This document shows, piece by piece, positions 28,201 to 40,350 of a DNA stretch of 64,000 nucleotides. The stretch is from positions 24,428,001-24,492,000 of the forward strand of contig OZ296652.1 of assembly GCA_965655095.1 (NCBI GenBank), written 5' to 3'. Each line of letters begins with the position of its first letter. The first letter of the stretch is position 1. Origin of the DNA: Haplodiscus bocki. Taxonomy: Eukaryota. The notes under the pieces were generated by a model that made no database searches, had not been told where the DNA came from, and was given only the letters and a program-made list of their open reading frames with translations. The position numbers and the translations under genes were made by a program.

Positions 28201-30429
28201 AATTATTGTGGTCATTTGACAATTTTAGTCCCGGATACCATCCAAGATTGCTCATTCGAAAGGCAACATCCATTCTTGACGAAATTCGTTTTTTAGTCAG
28301 CAGTTGTTCAATCCAGTTCAAGGCACCGCTTGAAAAATACGTCACTGTAGCTCAAAAGGTTTACTTGTTTCGGAAGAAGTATTTTGTATTCTGTCAGTTC
28401 GAGTTCAATTTCCGAATTTTCCCGATATATGTTGTTTCATTAGCAGTATACGACAAAATTCACCTTGTCTGGATCTGTCTTGTAGTTTATCCATAATTTT
28501 CTTCTACTGTTGTATATTGCCCTTTTTAGACCAAAAATTTCGTTTTCTGAATCAGTCGGTTCAGTAGACGGCAATTGTTGCTTTTCTCAGAGAGTTAGTG
28601 TACTTATTTCTGGGAGAATTGCTGGGTGTTTCAAGCAAAACATGATAAAGCCCCATTTTTGAGTATAGCTTCAAAAAAGAAGTTTCTGTCATCTCAAATG
28701 TTCCTCATCTTCTCTCGAGAAAAAAAAGACACTGAACGACTAGTTGCATTTCTTTTTTAGGAAATCACTAATGGGTTTATTAGTAATAACTGCAATGTTT
28801 TCAGAAATCATGACATCAAGTAGATAGATAAGTTCTTCAAGCTTCTGGTTCAAAAAGACCTCTCATTGAAACCTGTTGACCTGTTTCTTTCTGGCAAATT
28901 GTTGGACTTGAGCATATGAACTCTTTGGTTTGTCCCCCTTCAAACACCGCAGAGCCACTCAGTTCTCATTGTAGGGACGGTCCACAAAGTCAACCATATT
29001 TCGGGCTAGTTTGAGTTGTTTATCTTGGTCTTTGGACATTGTTGGTATCAGCACTGGGGACAAGTTTTCTTCTACCAAAGTTTTTAGCTGCAATGACCAG
29101 CTGAATCCTCAAGCACACGGACTATTTGAAAACTGCCTCTTCCAATGGAAATATTAAAACGAAGCGAAAATTGTCATTTTTCTTGAACACTTTGAGTTTT
29201 ATATCCAAGTAACTTGATTCATTTTTGGGACCAAGACAATAAATCAAATCCGTCACGGCATTTTCCAAAGTCCACAAAGTCGGTAAAACTGAGTTTGTCC
29301 AAGGAAGCAGCAGTGTTGTAAGCAATGCGTGATTGAGAAAGAACGCTGGTAAATGAAACTAGTGTTTGTTTTTGAGAAGAAATCTTAGAGAATGACTTTG
29401 GCGCTCTAACTTGTTGCTTATATACGCTTTATTATCAAACATTGTCACGTGATGTTTTCTCTTTCGGGCATTGTCTTGTGATGGTTCCTCAAATGGTAGT
29501 TGTGACATGATAATACTTTTTGGTAAGCCTTTACAGAAGTTAGTGAGACTTTGTTTTTCAGATTCATTCGTTGATGAAATCAATCAACATTCAGATGCAG
29601 CTGTGATCAAACAAGCGTTGACAGAAAGACACAATTCTTTTTAGAGCTTTTTCAGACAACAAAAACAAAAAACCAATTGGTTCAGTTTTGGAGACAGAAT
29701 TGGGCTAGGTAAAAAGACTAAATTTGACTTGGAATTGAAATAAAGTTAGATTGGTTTGGTTTTTGGATGGTTTTGTTTTCCATGATTGTAAAATACTCAG
29801 AAATAAATCTTTGGAAACTAACAATTTTCATCAGTCCAAAGAGATATAAAAACGTGAAGTGCTAGTGCGAACGAAATAGCCATCGCAGCCATCGTCAGTC
29901 CCAAAACAACAAAGATACTAACAAATAAACAGACTCCACAGATTAGCAAGGGAAGAAAAGTTTAGGTTCCTAAACTTTCCTTTTTATTGGCATTTTTTAT
30001 GCCAGAACCAGGAAAAATCAAATAAAAAGAAGATTTGGAAACAAAAATGTTACAACCTGTTAGATTTTGAACTGAAAATTTCAAGTCTTCTTAGAAGTTG
30101 ATTTGAATATTTTACAACGTGTCAGATTGTGAATTGAAAACTTTTCGTCTTGTTAGACGTTGAAAAAGAAAATTCGAAATGCGTCGAAATCTGAGACAAG
30201 CTGTTCACAACGTGTCAGATTTTCAGAAGAGACAATTTGGTATTTCGAAGAAAACTCCTACCTAAATAGACCAAGTCGTTTTTTTTTCAAATGAATTTCC
30301 ACCTTAACACCAAGAGCAATCACAGCCTACGATATCCCATCAGGGAAACAACAGCAATCGCAGTTCCAACACTAAACTTTGTACTCAATTCCAAAAGGAT
30401 TTTTAATGTTTTTTCTACTCCGCTGTCCA

Positions 30430-31921
30430 GCTTTTCTCTCATTATGGACTCTTTTTACGTAAAAACTGGTGGTCACTAAAAGCACTACAAAAACAAGACT
30501 TGCCTTTGTTTCACACTTGTTCGACTAGTTTGGAATTAGATTGCATTGTTAATGAGACATTCTTATTATTTGTAAGTATATTTACACACACGCACACTAC
30601 AAAATTTATCGAAACAAAATTCTATAAACAGATTCTTAAACAATTTCAATCCGTCCTCTAACGGGGCAAATTTTGAGCAGCCTGGGAATCTGGAGTTGCT
30701 GGGGGAGAGTTGTATTTGTTTTCCTCTACATCCTAATTGAAATGGTTCTCGGATGATCCTTTCGTCTCCAAGACGTCAAACGCAATTGTTGAAAAGGGAG
30801 TATCAACCACTCAACACAATTACGCCACATCTGGAATAATTTTGTCTGTTTTCGGTCAAGCTCCAGTCGCGGTAGATTGTCATTGGCAGAAAGAATTCTT
30901 CAATGAAAGAGATGATCTGTCGTAGTAGCGACTCATTTTTTGGCAAAGCAATATGTACCATATCCACCTAATTTATTCAGTGTTGGTTTTGTTCCTTGAA
31001 GAGAATACTAAGCAAGTGACAACTGATTGTGCACGTTTTTGCAGTGGTAAACTAGGAGTTTAATTGTGAAATGTAAAAACACTTTTAATGTTTACGTGCT
31101 GGACAATATACATCTCCAATAGTTTGTTGTATTCTGTTTGTGCACATAAATAATGAACATTTCTTTCTTGTTTTATTTGCTTGATTGCAGTAGAACATTA
31201 GCAGACATTTGCTTGCTAGGTAATAGGTGAATGTTTTTCGGCAAAAAAGCGTGTTTCATCTGTTTTTGTTGTTTTAACTTGCTCCTGAAGCGAAAAAGGC
31301 AGCTTATGAACAAGCGACTACGCTCCAAACTTTCTGCAAACATAAGTGAAATTTTAATAGTACCATGAGCGTCCAGAGTCACGCATTTCTCCCCATTGCA
31401 TTATTGTTGAAACAGTATACGTCGTCAATTGTTTCTCTTGTTGTGTGTTCTTTAAATGTCATAGTTGCTATCACAAAATCCAAACAGGCAACGAATAAGA
31501 TATCGGTTCTTGTACAAACTGTATTTTTGGTGACAGTTAATGTTTACAATCTCTTCACCAATCAGTTGGTCTCCGTGAAAGTCATTCTTTTTGATGGAAA
31601 AGACGCACTCATTCTTCTGTTCAAAATGAAAAGTTAAGCGTATTTGACTGTTATAAGGTTCCCGAATTTATTTTTATAGCAGTGAGCAAATGGGTTGTCT
31701 TCTGAAAAAGTGGAGTTAAGATCCATTTTCTTCCCGGTAGACCAATCTGTGTTGTTGGCTTCTAGAAGATCATGCAAATTGTCTAGTGGGGGATATTTTC
31801 GTTTCTTCGTATGGGTTTTTTTTCTTTGAGAATATATCGTTGCTGGGTTTTTATGTTGCAAAATCAGAAAAAGTGAATGGAAGTCTTTTTTTTTGTTGGA
31901 ACCTCTCGTGATTTGAACCAT
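30430..31921 (-). pseudogene. Cluster of small decayed accessory ORFs of the Polinton-like element
   Basis: Closely packed ORF remnants such as 31634-31921 (MVQITRGSNKK...DNPFAHCYKNKFGNLITVKYA) and 31173-31382 lie between the array and pPolB. No family recognised. Confidence 0.4.
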
Positions 31922-32859
31922 CGGGTGGTGAGAATGAAAACTGTCACGAATTTGGTAAAGAAATTAACTATCTACGTCTGTTTTGTTCAAGAAACTTTCA
32001 GGTACTTTTTCGCAAAATGAAAATAATCTGCTCAAAATCTGAACACGCTTTTCAACAGACATTTGTCTGTGACTTAAAATCTCTCAGAAAATTAATTGAT
32101 TCGTGGTCCAGAGAGAAAAAGTGTGTGGGTTTGGATTTTGAGCAAAAACGATAATGGCGTTACTTTTCTTCAAACCAATCAGATTTAAATGTTTACTTTT
32201 TGACATTAAGTTCTGAAAATGTGGTGTAGTGGTTAAAAGCTTAGGAGATTTTTTTGCTGATAGATAATATTATGGATGTGGACGTTGTAATGCTTCTAAC
32301 CTCAACACTACAGTCACTGTGCTATACCTAAAATTTGTTCCTTTTTGGTTTTGATTAATGCTTTTTACAAAAGTACGCAATTCATAATTGTTCAACGTGA
32401 AAGTTTTAATCCGACGAAATGTCCCTTTATCATGGGAAATTGTTCCACTTGATTATGTTTTCCAGACAAGCTGTAGTTTTAGCAAGAGAAAATATTCTTT
32501 TTGAAAAGCACTTCAATACGAACTGTGGCTCTACCTGAGAAACTTGATCAACTTGATTGAATAACTCAGACACTATGTCCCCACTTGAGGAGAAAAATTG
32601 TATATTTAATTAGTTTCTTCCTACAACCATATGTGAGCAGAAAAAAATTGACAGCTCCTCTTATGATTACGTGATGTATTTTGCCTTTCAAAATCATGTG
32701 CATCAGTTTATCTTTTCGTGTTCTTCCCATATAAAGTATAAAATAAAGAAAGCAATTTTCTCAAAGTTAATCATGAATATTTCAATAGCATCACTACAGT
32801 CAAGTTGCTAGAATCTTTACGGTTATTCCAGGTTTTCTGTGAAAATAATTTCACATATT

Positions 32860-35800
32860 TTCCTGTAATCACAAGGACAATGTTACTTGTGAAAGTCGTC
32901 CAACGGAAACTGTAAGAATTATACTTGCGAATCAAAAAAGGAGTTTTTCAGTTAAAAAATTTCTTTGTGATAGTTGTCCCAACTTCTCAACACGTTTTCA
33001 CGCTGATCTCAACATTCCCCATGCCAAAAAGCATAGTTTATTACAGCCAAACATTATTCGCAACTGTCAACTTTGTCATCAAGTTTTCGCTGATTTATAT
33101 TCCTTGCGACTACATAGACAGAAAGTGCACAACGCGAAAAGTGTATCGGAGACCAATAATGTCGATATGACACAGTTGGTGAGACGGATTCACAATGAGA
33201 GCCCGAAAGAAGATTTGGAAACGTGCAAGCATTTTTGTAGAAACAGATGGAGAAAGCGAGACATAGAGAATTCAATTTTGCCATGGAGATGCTGGATGCA
33301 GACAGTTTGAGCCAAAAACTAAGCGCAGTGTTTGCAGAAGCCCAAGCGTGCAGCAAAGTTGAATTTTGCTTTCGTTTTCTGTTCCAAAAGTCAGAAGATG
33401 GGACTTGTCGGTTTTACTACACACACCAAAACAACACTTTGATGAAGCAATCAAAATTTGTGGCCACCAAATAATATTTGGTAAAAATAAGCAAAGAGTT
33501 GAAAAACACTGATTTGATAAAATCGTTCAGAAAAAAAACGAACAAATACAAAATTGAACATCCACAGAGTAACAATTGTTACAGTTTTCGCTGCTCTACT
33601 CAGAAAAGTTCACATGGAGTGTAAAGACGCAGTACTGACAGAGCCAATTGCACAAAACCTATCTGTTAATTTTCTAAATTAAGAAGAAGATACGAGAAAT
33701 CCGTACAATGAAAATCTTTATCTCTTCAGAGCTCTCGCCTTCCATTTGCACGGATATGGTGGACTTAAGAAACAAACTTCAAAAAAGCTCAATATCTTCC
33801 TCGAGAAAATTGGAGTGCTTGATCCAGCAAAATTTAAAGCTGCTTCCTTGAATTCTATTCCAATTGTGAAAGACTTGGTTCAAGTAAACATCTTTTTGTA
33901 CGACTTAGACATTGTGGATGGAGCAATCGTTGGAGAACTTGCTGGAAGAAGTATCAGCAAACATTTTCACATAGTTCAAATTCTACGTTACAACTGTCAC
34001 TTTTGTCATGTCTTTGAGCGATGTCATGTCTTTATACCCTTCAAAACTTACCGCTGCGCGTCGCGTGATACTTTTTTCAACAGAGCACCAAAATCAGAGC
34101 GTCATCCACCCATTGCACTGATAAATTGAATATGTGTACCCAAAGAACGTGAATCATCTCCCTGGAACACTGTTTAACAAACTTGACTCATTTTGTTTAC
34201 CTTACACAGACAACCAGAAACTCTTTACCAACGTGGCCAGTTTGATTTTGAATCAATCTGTGTGGAAAATGGAAATCTCAAGGATACCGAAACAACAACA
34301 TGGATTGGGAAGCACAATCCAATTTCCGTATCAAAATCGTCCAACTTGATACAAGAACACACTTTCCTCTGCAATCCTAATGCTTGTGACTTGGTATCAT
34401 CTTTCATTGATGCCTCGGAGAACGGGGAAACGCAAAAAATTCAATTGAAAGCGAACTTCTTGCAAATGGAAACAGCAATAAAAACCAGACTTGTGCGTAG
34501 TCAAGAAACACTAAATCAACGTCGCAGTCAATGCGTTGGTATTGATGCAAAAGACGATAATTCCGAAAACAGCTCAACACACTTTCAACATTTGGAGAAA
34601 AATCCACTCGTGGACTTGCAGAAACATTTTGATGGATATTGCAAAACGTTACCAGTTTCCTGGTTCAACAGTCCAAGGTACGTTGTCAAACTTATCGGGA
34701 GTACTTTACTACCTAATCTCGTAAACAGACGAGATATTGAACCGATTGTTATCAGCAAAGCCAACTAAACTTTTTCGATCATTTGTGGTAATGTTCCATT
34801 TCTTGACATTTTAAACATTATCGGAGGTGTCATCATTCTTGAATAATTCCTGAAAGCTTAGAAGACATCAGAGACAAACAACTCTTTTCATGCGATAGTT
34901 TTAACCACTCAGATAAACTAAACAGCAAAGAGTTTCCTCCAAACGATGACTTTCACAACAAACTACGAAACTGCAATCTTCTTGAAAAAAAGAATCTTGA
35001 CTGCGAGAAGGTGGTCTGTGGTGGATTGACGACAGAGTCTGCCCTGGTCAAAATGAGACTCTCTGAAATAGCACCTACTGGAGCAGGGAACTATTTCTAC
35101 TTGCAGAAATTGTGCAAAGAGGTGAAGATGCAGTCATTCAATGACTTTTTGCGCTAGTACAAACGCAATTACGTTGCTCAATCATTGGAGGCTATGCACA
35201 AAATGGTCGAGTTTTAACACAACAAAGGTATTGATATGCTCAAGTTTGGATGTACTTTATCCAACCTGGCTCACATGTGTCTGCACAGTTCCACCAGTGC
35301 AAAAACTTATCCATTCAGAAAAAGCGATGAGGGCTTGCTTCCAAAAATTTGTGAAGATAGGGTGGGAGGACCGTCAATAGTAAGTACACGTAAGGCTGTT
35401 GCTAACATGACACACATCCGCAAGTCCACAAATAATTGCTATACGATTTTTGGTAAGCTGTTAGTCAATTTTATCAATACTTATTGTGTCAACCTATGCC
35501 TACAGGACTCTACACTTGGTATGAATTTAATTGAGATTTGCAAAGATTCAAGCGCCGTCAAAATCAAATCTATAAGTTTCGAAATTGAGGTTATGTCGCA
35601 CTCTCAATGAAGGAGACCGGACTGCAGAACTAAAAGTTCCTTCACAGCAGAGACTCAGAGAAATATTGATTGATGCAATGCGGATGGGTTCTGTGGACAT
35701 TGTATCACAGTGTTTGAGGCAATGGAAAGTTTTTATCATTACTTTTGCTGTTAGGAGGCACTACCTGCTCTAACTGAAGGAGACATTCAACGTGGAACAA

Positions 35801-37159
35801 AAAAAGGGAATTGGATGAAATGCGAAAACAGTAATTCGAGGAGAAAAGTTACACTGCTGTCGAAATGTGGGAAAGTGAATGGTAGAAAACCTACAAAACT
35901 GATGTGTCGGTGAAGCAGCAATCGAACGAGTCTTTCCCATACAAGCGTCGTTTGCGCCAAGAACAGTTATCGGACAAGATGGAATCAGACGAATTGTTTG
36001 GATACCTACAGTGTGACATCCAAGTTTCAGAACAATTGAGCGAACCAATTGCAAATTTTCCGCCAATCGACAAAAATAAAAACGTTTGTAGACAAAATAA
36101 TATTGCATCATTATTGCAGGGGTATGCTGAGAAGAAAGGATTAAGGAACCAACCGCGACGAACGCTTATTTCCAGCTGTGAGCTAATCAATGGTACAATC
36201 ATTAATCCATTGCCACTATTCTAGTTGAGGCTTGGACTCGTAGGCTAAAAAAAATTAGCGCTTCGTTCAGTACAAACCTGTCAAATTTTTCAACATTTTT
36301 GTTTAATCTGCTAATAAGCTCGTCATCAAGGAGACTAGTGCTGTTGCAGAAACTTCGATGTCGCTAGCACACATCTCGTATGGTAATCAAATTCTAGATC
36401 GCAGTCGTCTTTCAGTTACAAGGTATATCAATGATGAAAAAACACATGCAGTGATCAACAAGAAAAATTTCAAGAGATTACGACATATCAACGACCAATA
36501 TAATGAGGTAGAGCTGGCCGAATCTGAAAAAGAAAAGAAGAACCAAGCATTGTAAGATTTTCTATTATGGAGTACTTTAAATTGAGAATGTTGGAGCTCT
36601 ACTACAAGTTTTTTAGGACGTTTTTGCGGACTGCAAGTATGAAAAAATAGAAATTGATACTGATTCACTGTGTTTAGCACTAGCAGAAAAGGAATTGTAT
36701 GATTGTAAACGAAGTGAAAAAATGTGGGAAATGTTACGCAGCATATACTGTAACGATTCGTACACTACAGATGCTTGCAGCAATTTCTTTCCCCGGACCT
36801 GTTCAGCTACCCACGAAAAACTTGAAGAAAAAGAACCTCGACTACTTAAAGGAGACATTGAAATGTTGTGCTTGCGTCGCGCATCCTTCTGCTACTGCGT
36901 CTTTTTAAGCAACAAGTTTGAATTCATCAACCAGAGACTAAAAAGGGAACGTTTGAAGATAATGGAGAGGGAGCCTTGAAAAAAATTCGCAAATGTCGGA
37001 CGAAAAAGAAAATTTAACTTCTACCAATCGTGGCTTCCGCACAAAGAAACATCGTACAGCAAAATACAAGCAGACGAAAAAGGAACTGGAGTCTCTTACT
37101 TTTATCCTAAACGAAGAGTTGAATCAGATTAAAACTTCACTTTTCAATTGAATGTTTAA
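32860..37159 (+). pseudogene. Protein-primed family B DNA polymerase (pPolB) pseudogene, Polinton type, with N-terminal C2H2 finger(s)
   Basis: Collinear motifs across many stops and frameshifts: C2H2 CQLCHQVFADLYSLRLHRQKVH (33,065-33,130); ExoI DFESI (~34,244); ExoII-like WFNSPRYVVKLI (~34,660); EDRVGGPSIV (~35,355); motif A remnant SQFYQYLLCQPMPTG (~35,465-35,510); FGYLQCDIQV and NFPPI (~36,000-36,070); motif B remnant AETSMSLAHISYG (~36,345-36,385); motif C IDTDSL (~36,653-36,670); C-terminal YFYPKR (~37,100). Confidence 0.92.
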
Positions 37160-37270
37160 ATTCTACGTATACGAGGTATTTGTGAAAAGCTATACTCTCT
37201 AATTTGCTTTTTAAAACTTTCATTCAATCTTTTTACACAGAATCAAGCATAAAATTGCGAGATCTTTTGG

Positions 37271-37402
37271 TAAAAAGTCCGCAGCTGTAACGAAATATCT
37301 GCGAACGTAAAAAAATATCCGCAGCTGTAATAAAAAATCCGCACGCATAACAAAAAACCTGCATGCGTAATTAGTTATCCGCACGCGTAATGAATTATTC
37401 GC
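37271..37402. repeat. 20-bp minisatellite, ~6.5 copies (consensus ~AAAAATATCCGCA(C/G)(G/C)(C/T)GTAA)
   Basis: Exact 20-bp phase at 37271, 37291, 37311, 37331, 37351, 37371 and 37391, starting ~110 bp after the pPolB stop. Probably subterminal or TIR sequence. Confidence 0.9.
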
Positions 37403-37567
37403 TGCGCCCCTCCAAAAGTTCTCAATTCAACCTACCTCGTTCGATTAACACCGAAAGAACCTCTTTTTTCCCCTCCACTTCTTCTCATACGTTACTAATG
37501 AAGAGAACGTGGCCCCCTTCAAACCAAGCGTGATACATTTGATACACAAAACCCATATCTTAAAACA

Positions 37568-37848
37568 TTGGAATGAACACCATCCTGGGGTGAACCTTTT
37601 CTTGGGGTGAACCCTAATCTCACAGCAACAAAAAACTATAGACTCACAGTACGGAAAATGCGAATTGTACCTTGGAATGAACCCTATTTTGTGTTGAACC
37701 CTATCAATTGGGTTATCGTAAACCATTGGGGTATCTGCGGGTAGTGCCGAAATTCTCAGAGTGCCGAAAACCCGTTACATTGGGGTATCTTACTACAATG
37801 GAGTGAACACTATCTGGGAGTGAACCCTATCTTGGACAGAAACCTATT
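37568..37848. repeat. 17-18-bp repeat (TTGGGGTGAACCCTATC-like) in three small clusters
   Basis: About 3 copies at 37,568-37,618, 2 at 37,672-37,705 and 3 at 37,798-37,848. They are interleaved with GTAGTGCCGAAA...GTGCCGAAAA motifs at 37,741 and ~37,885. Confidence 0.7.
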
Positions 37849-39309
37849 GTTTGTGGAATCTTAATGAATTGAGGAATCTTCGAGTAGTGCGGAAAGTGTC
37901 TTGATGCCGAAGGTCTCACAGTGACGAAAATCTCTATCTTATTACAATGACCATATTTTAACAGAGGAACCGACAAGGTTCTTCCTGCACAAAACACCAG
38001 TTTGGGTCCCATTCGCCTCTCGGACCGCTAATAATTATATTAAAACATGTGGTTCTTTCCATTAGCCCACCGTCGATTCATGTTCCTACTATTTATTTCA
38101 ATAAAGAACCATGTTCCTGCAATTGTTCAGTGAGAAGGAACAAAGAAAAACTCGAAAAACCTATTGATGAGACATGTTGACGAGGCAATAGCGACGAAAA
38201 CTTTAAGCAATAGTCAAGATCTGAATCAACCACGTGGCCTAAATGCATGATTTAAGAGATCTGTAACACTCATCGATCACTTTTGCTTACAAAGACAGTT
38301 TTCATAACGATTTACGTCTATGTTACTTCCAGAATGTGATGTATTTGATTGTTTCATGCGAGTATCAGGATAAGTAAAATTACTGGTGAACATCGGAACA
38401 AGTCAGATATCAGGCAGTTGACATTGTATTTTTACTTTATTTATCTCAACGCAATGTTTTGCAGTACAAAAATTTAGCCCCATAAAATTCATCTGTGAAT
38501 ATTAATTAAAAGAAAACCCCATGCTTATACAAAATCAAAGCTCCTTCCTTGACACAAAACAATTTTCTTCGCTTAATTCCTTGTCCGAACCAAAAACTAC
38601 ATTCGAAATAGACTTTTAAACAAAGTTGATAAAAAAACTTTGATACCTGTATTAACACGGCCATTGACTATCTGCAGGCGTAAAAAAAGGCATATGTGAT
38701 ATTTTATCCGCTGGCATTTTAGTAAAACGCAGGCAAAATTACACAGGAGGGGCCGCAAAGAATAGAGAGTCTTTTCATGATGAAATCTCTCAATGCCAAA
38801 TTTGAGTCCTTAAACGCGAATCCTTAACTACATTCATTTCAAAAAGCTGTTGTTTATAATATTAAACTGCAAATTGTCCAAATTATTCGCCAACCTCGAA
38901 AACATCTTCTTTTACTGTAGAATAGTCGAGCAGAACCTTTCAGAAAAACTCAAAAAAATTCCACGAGAAAGTCTGTTAGTGCCGAAAAATTTAGATTATT
39001 CTGCGGCTACCAATGATAATGCAGTACTCAACTCGCGTTTCGGACAAAACTGGGAATTTTTTTTTACCTTGTTTCGGACCCCCATCTTAATACAATGCTC
39101 ATCAGTCTCAACTTTTGAGTCTCATCGCCTTTCTTGATAACCTGCCTCTAGACGGCTTTTGCCGACACATGAACAGATACCCTACCTTAATCCATTTATC
39201 CCTGGCAATAACATAGGACTCGGCAAAAGGGCATCCTCTCTCGAACAGCCATTTTGCCCACGATTAGTTTCCTCGAACCTATAGCCTACCACCCCACCTG
39301 ATCTGCTAA

Positions 39310-40350
39310 CACTTTTACTATTCATACAACAGGTGGCTTACGTTGTTCATCTTGTTTTTAAAAACTTGCTAATCAGAACACTGTGGGCTTCATTTTCGTT
39401 CAATTATTCTATTACTGTGTGTTGATTGCTGTCGAAATCTTTGTAGTCAAAGTTGTTGCTCGCTTTTAAAGTCCTTGTCTCGGCTTCTAAACAAAATTTT
39501 GGATTCCTGTTACATTGCTTTTACTCATCTACTGCTGTGCTGCTTGTAAAAATGTGTTGAAATACTTTTTGGCGTAGCACTCAACACAGCGAAAATCTTT
39601 GTACACAGTAGATCCAGTTGCAGTTAGAACAGACGCAAAGGAGTTGTGAACGCTCTTTTTGTAATTGACTTTACTGGCAACGAGAATCGAGAGTCAAGGC
39701 CATGGTATGCAGCCGAAGAGGAGATGATGACTCAACGTCACAGAAAGCCAGTTTCAAGCTTCAAGTTACCAAAAAAGAACGTCCTTTACTCCTCTGCGTC
39801 TCGTTTATCTTCAACTGGGTGTACTGTCTACGACGTTTCTCGCTCTGCTGAAAACTACGCCAAAAAGTGTTTCAACAACTTTGTAGAATCGGCAGGACAA
39901 TTGGAAATTGGAAGAAAATTCGCAAAAAGATTTTTCGAATAGTAGGGAACTTGTACGTTCCTTTGCATATAAACAAGCAGTGTCCGATCTCTGTTTCATC
40001 TAAGAGTTGTTATTCTGCAGAGAAACGCTCGAGTGAAAACTTTTCCTGGAAATTTTGTTCATCATTGGTGTCTGTCTTGTACCGTCCCCACCACTCACAC
40101 TCCCATGTTTCAATGATTGTGATGCTTTATACCTGTATTTAGTTCCGTTGAATCTCATTGGGACGTTTATTTTCAAAGCCACGTTGGATGTTCTCTTCAG
40201 CCATCCACCATGTCTTCCCTAATGTTTTGCAACAAATTTTTATCCCCTTCAGTGAACGGACGGTATTTTACATCTGTAGATTTCAGTAGAAAAAACAATG
40301 GTTTAGCTGGATAATCCGCAATCAAACTTTAGATTGTCAGTGTTCTTAAG
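39310..40350 (-). pseudogene. Second, more decayed and rearranged pPolB fragment
   Basis: The minus strand reads KSTDVKYRPFTEGDKNLLQNIREDMVDG (40,200-40,285), EENIQRG..IIETWECEWW (40,088-40,200), FANFLPI (~39,910) and EAETRTLKASNNFDY..NENEAHSVLISKF (39,360-39,490). These are collinear with the corresponding segments of the pPolB at 35.2-36.5 kb. Confidence 0.8.

Larger units (their letters stand above)
1..30145. repeat. Macrosatellite, ~2.57-2.59 kb unit, 12 units plus a partial one; extends off the left edge of the window
   Basis: The marker TTGTTGCTT(A/C)T recurs at 1, 2585, 5170, 7753, 10326, 12130, 13931, 16518, 19105, 21686, 24265, 26838 and 29411. Periods are 2573-2587 bp, except two of 1804 and 1801. 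The same ORF fragments recur with this period in the ORF track. Similarity stops at ~30,141. Confidence 0.98.
1..37450. mobile_element. Decayed Polinton/Maverick (adintovirus-like) element, right-hand part, with its internal segment tandemly amplified
   Basis: pPolB pseudogene at 32.9-37.2 kb, preceded by a dense cluster of small intronless decayed ORFs that is contiguous with the last array unit, and followed by short tandem repeats. Integrase, ATPase, protease and capsid genes are not seen in the window. The exact right terminus was not identified. Confidence 0.75.

Noticed and set aside
61-28496. Recurrent + strand ORFs in the array (MSCDVSSNGSCH..., MSDFELK..., MVPQNL..., MSCLSWSLD...)
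   Set aside because: They are antisense shadows of the decayed minus-strand ORFs and mostly have non-ATG starts. They recur only because the DNA is repeated.
37271-37848. Short regular repeats as a CRISPR array
   Set aside because: The repeats are contiguous and degenerate, with no unique spacers and no cas genes, in a eukaryotic context.
37770-38100. Right terminus of the first Polinton (TACTAC at ~37,791; CCTACT at ~38,085)
   Set aside because: Matches are too short, and there is no left end in the window to confirm a TIR or TSD.
39265-39300. B-box-like GGTTCGA on the minus strand (tRNA or SINE)
   Set aside because: No cloverleaf or convincing A box could be built.
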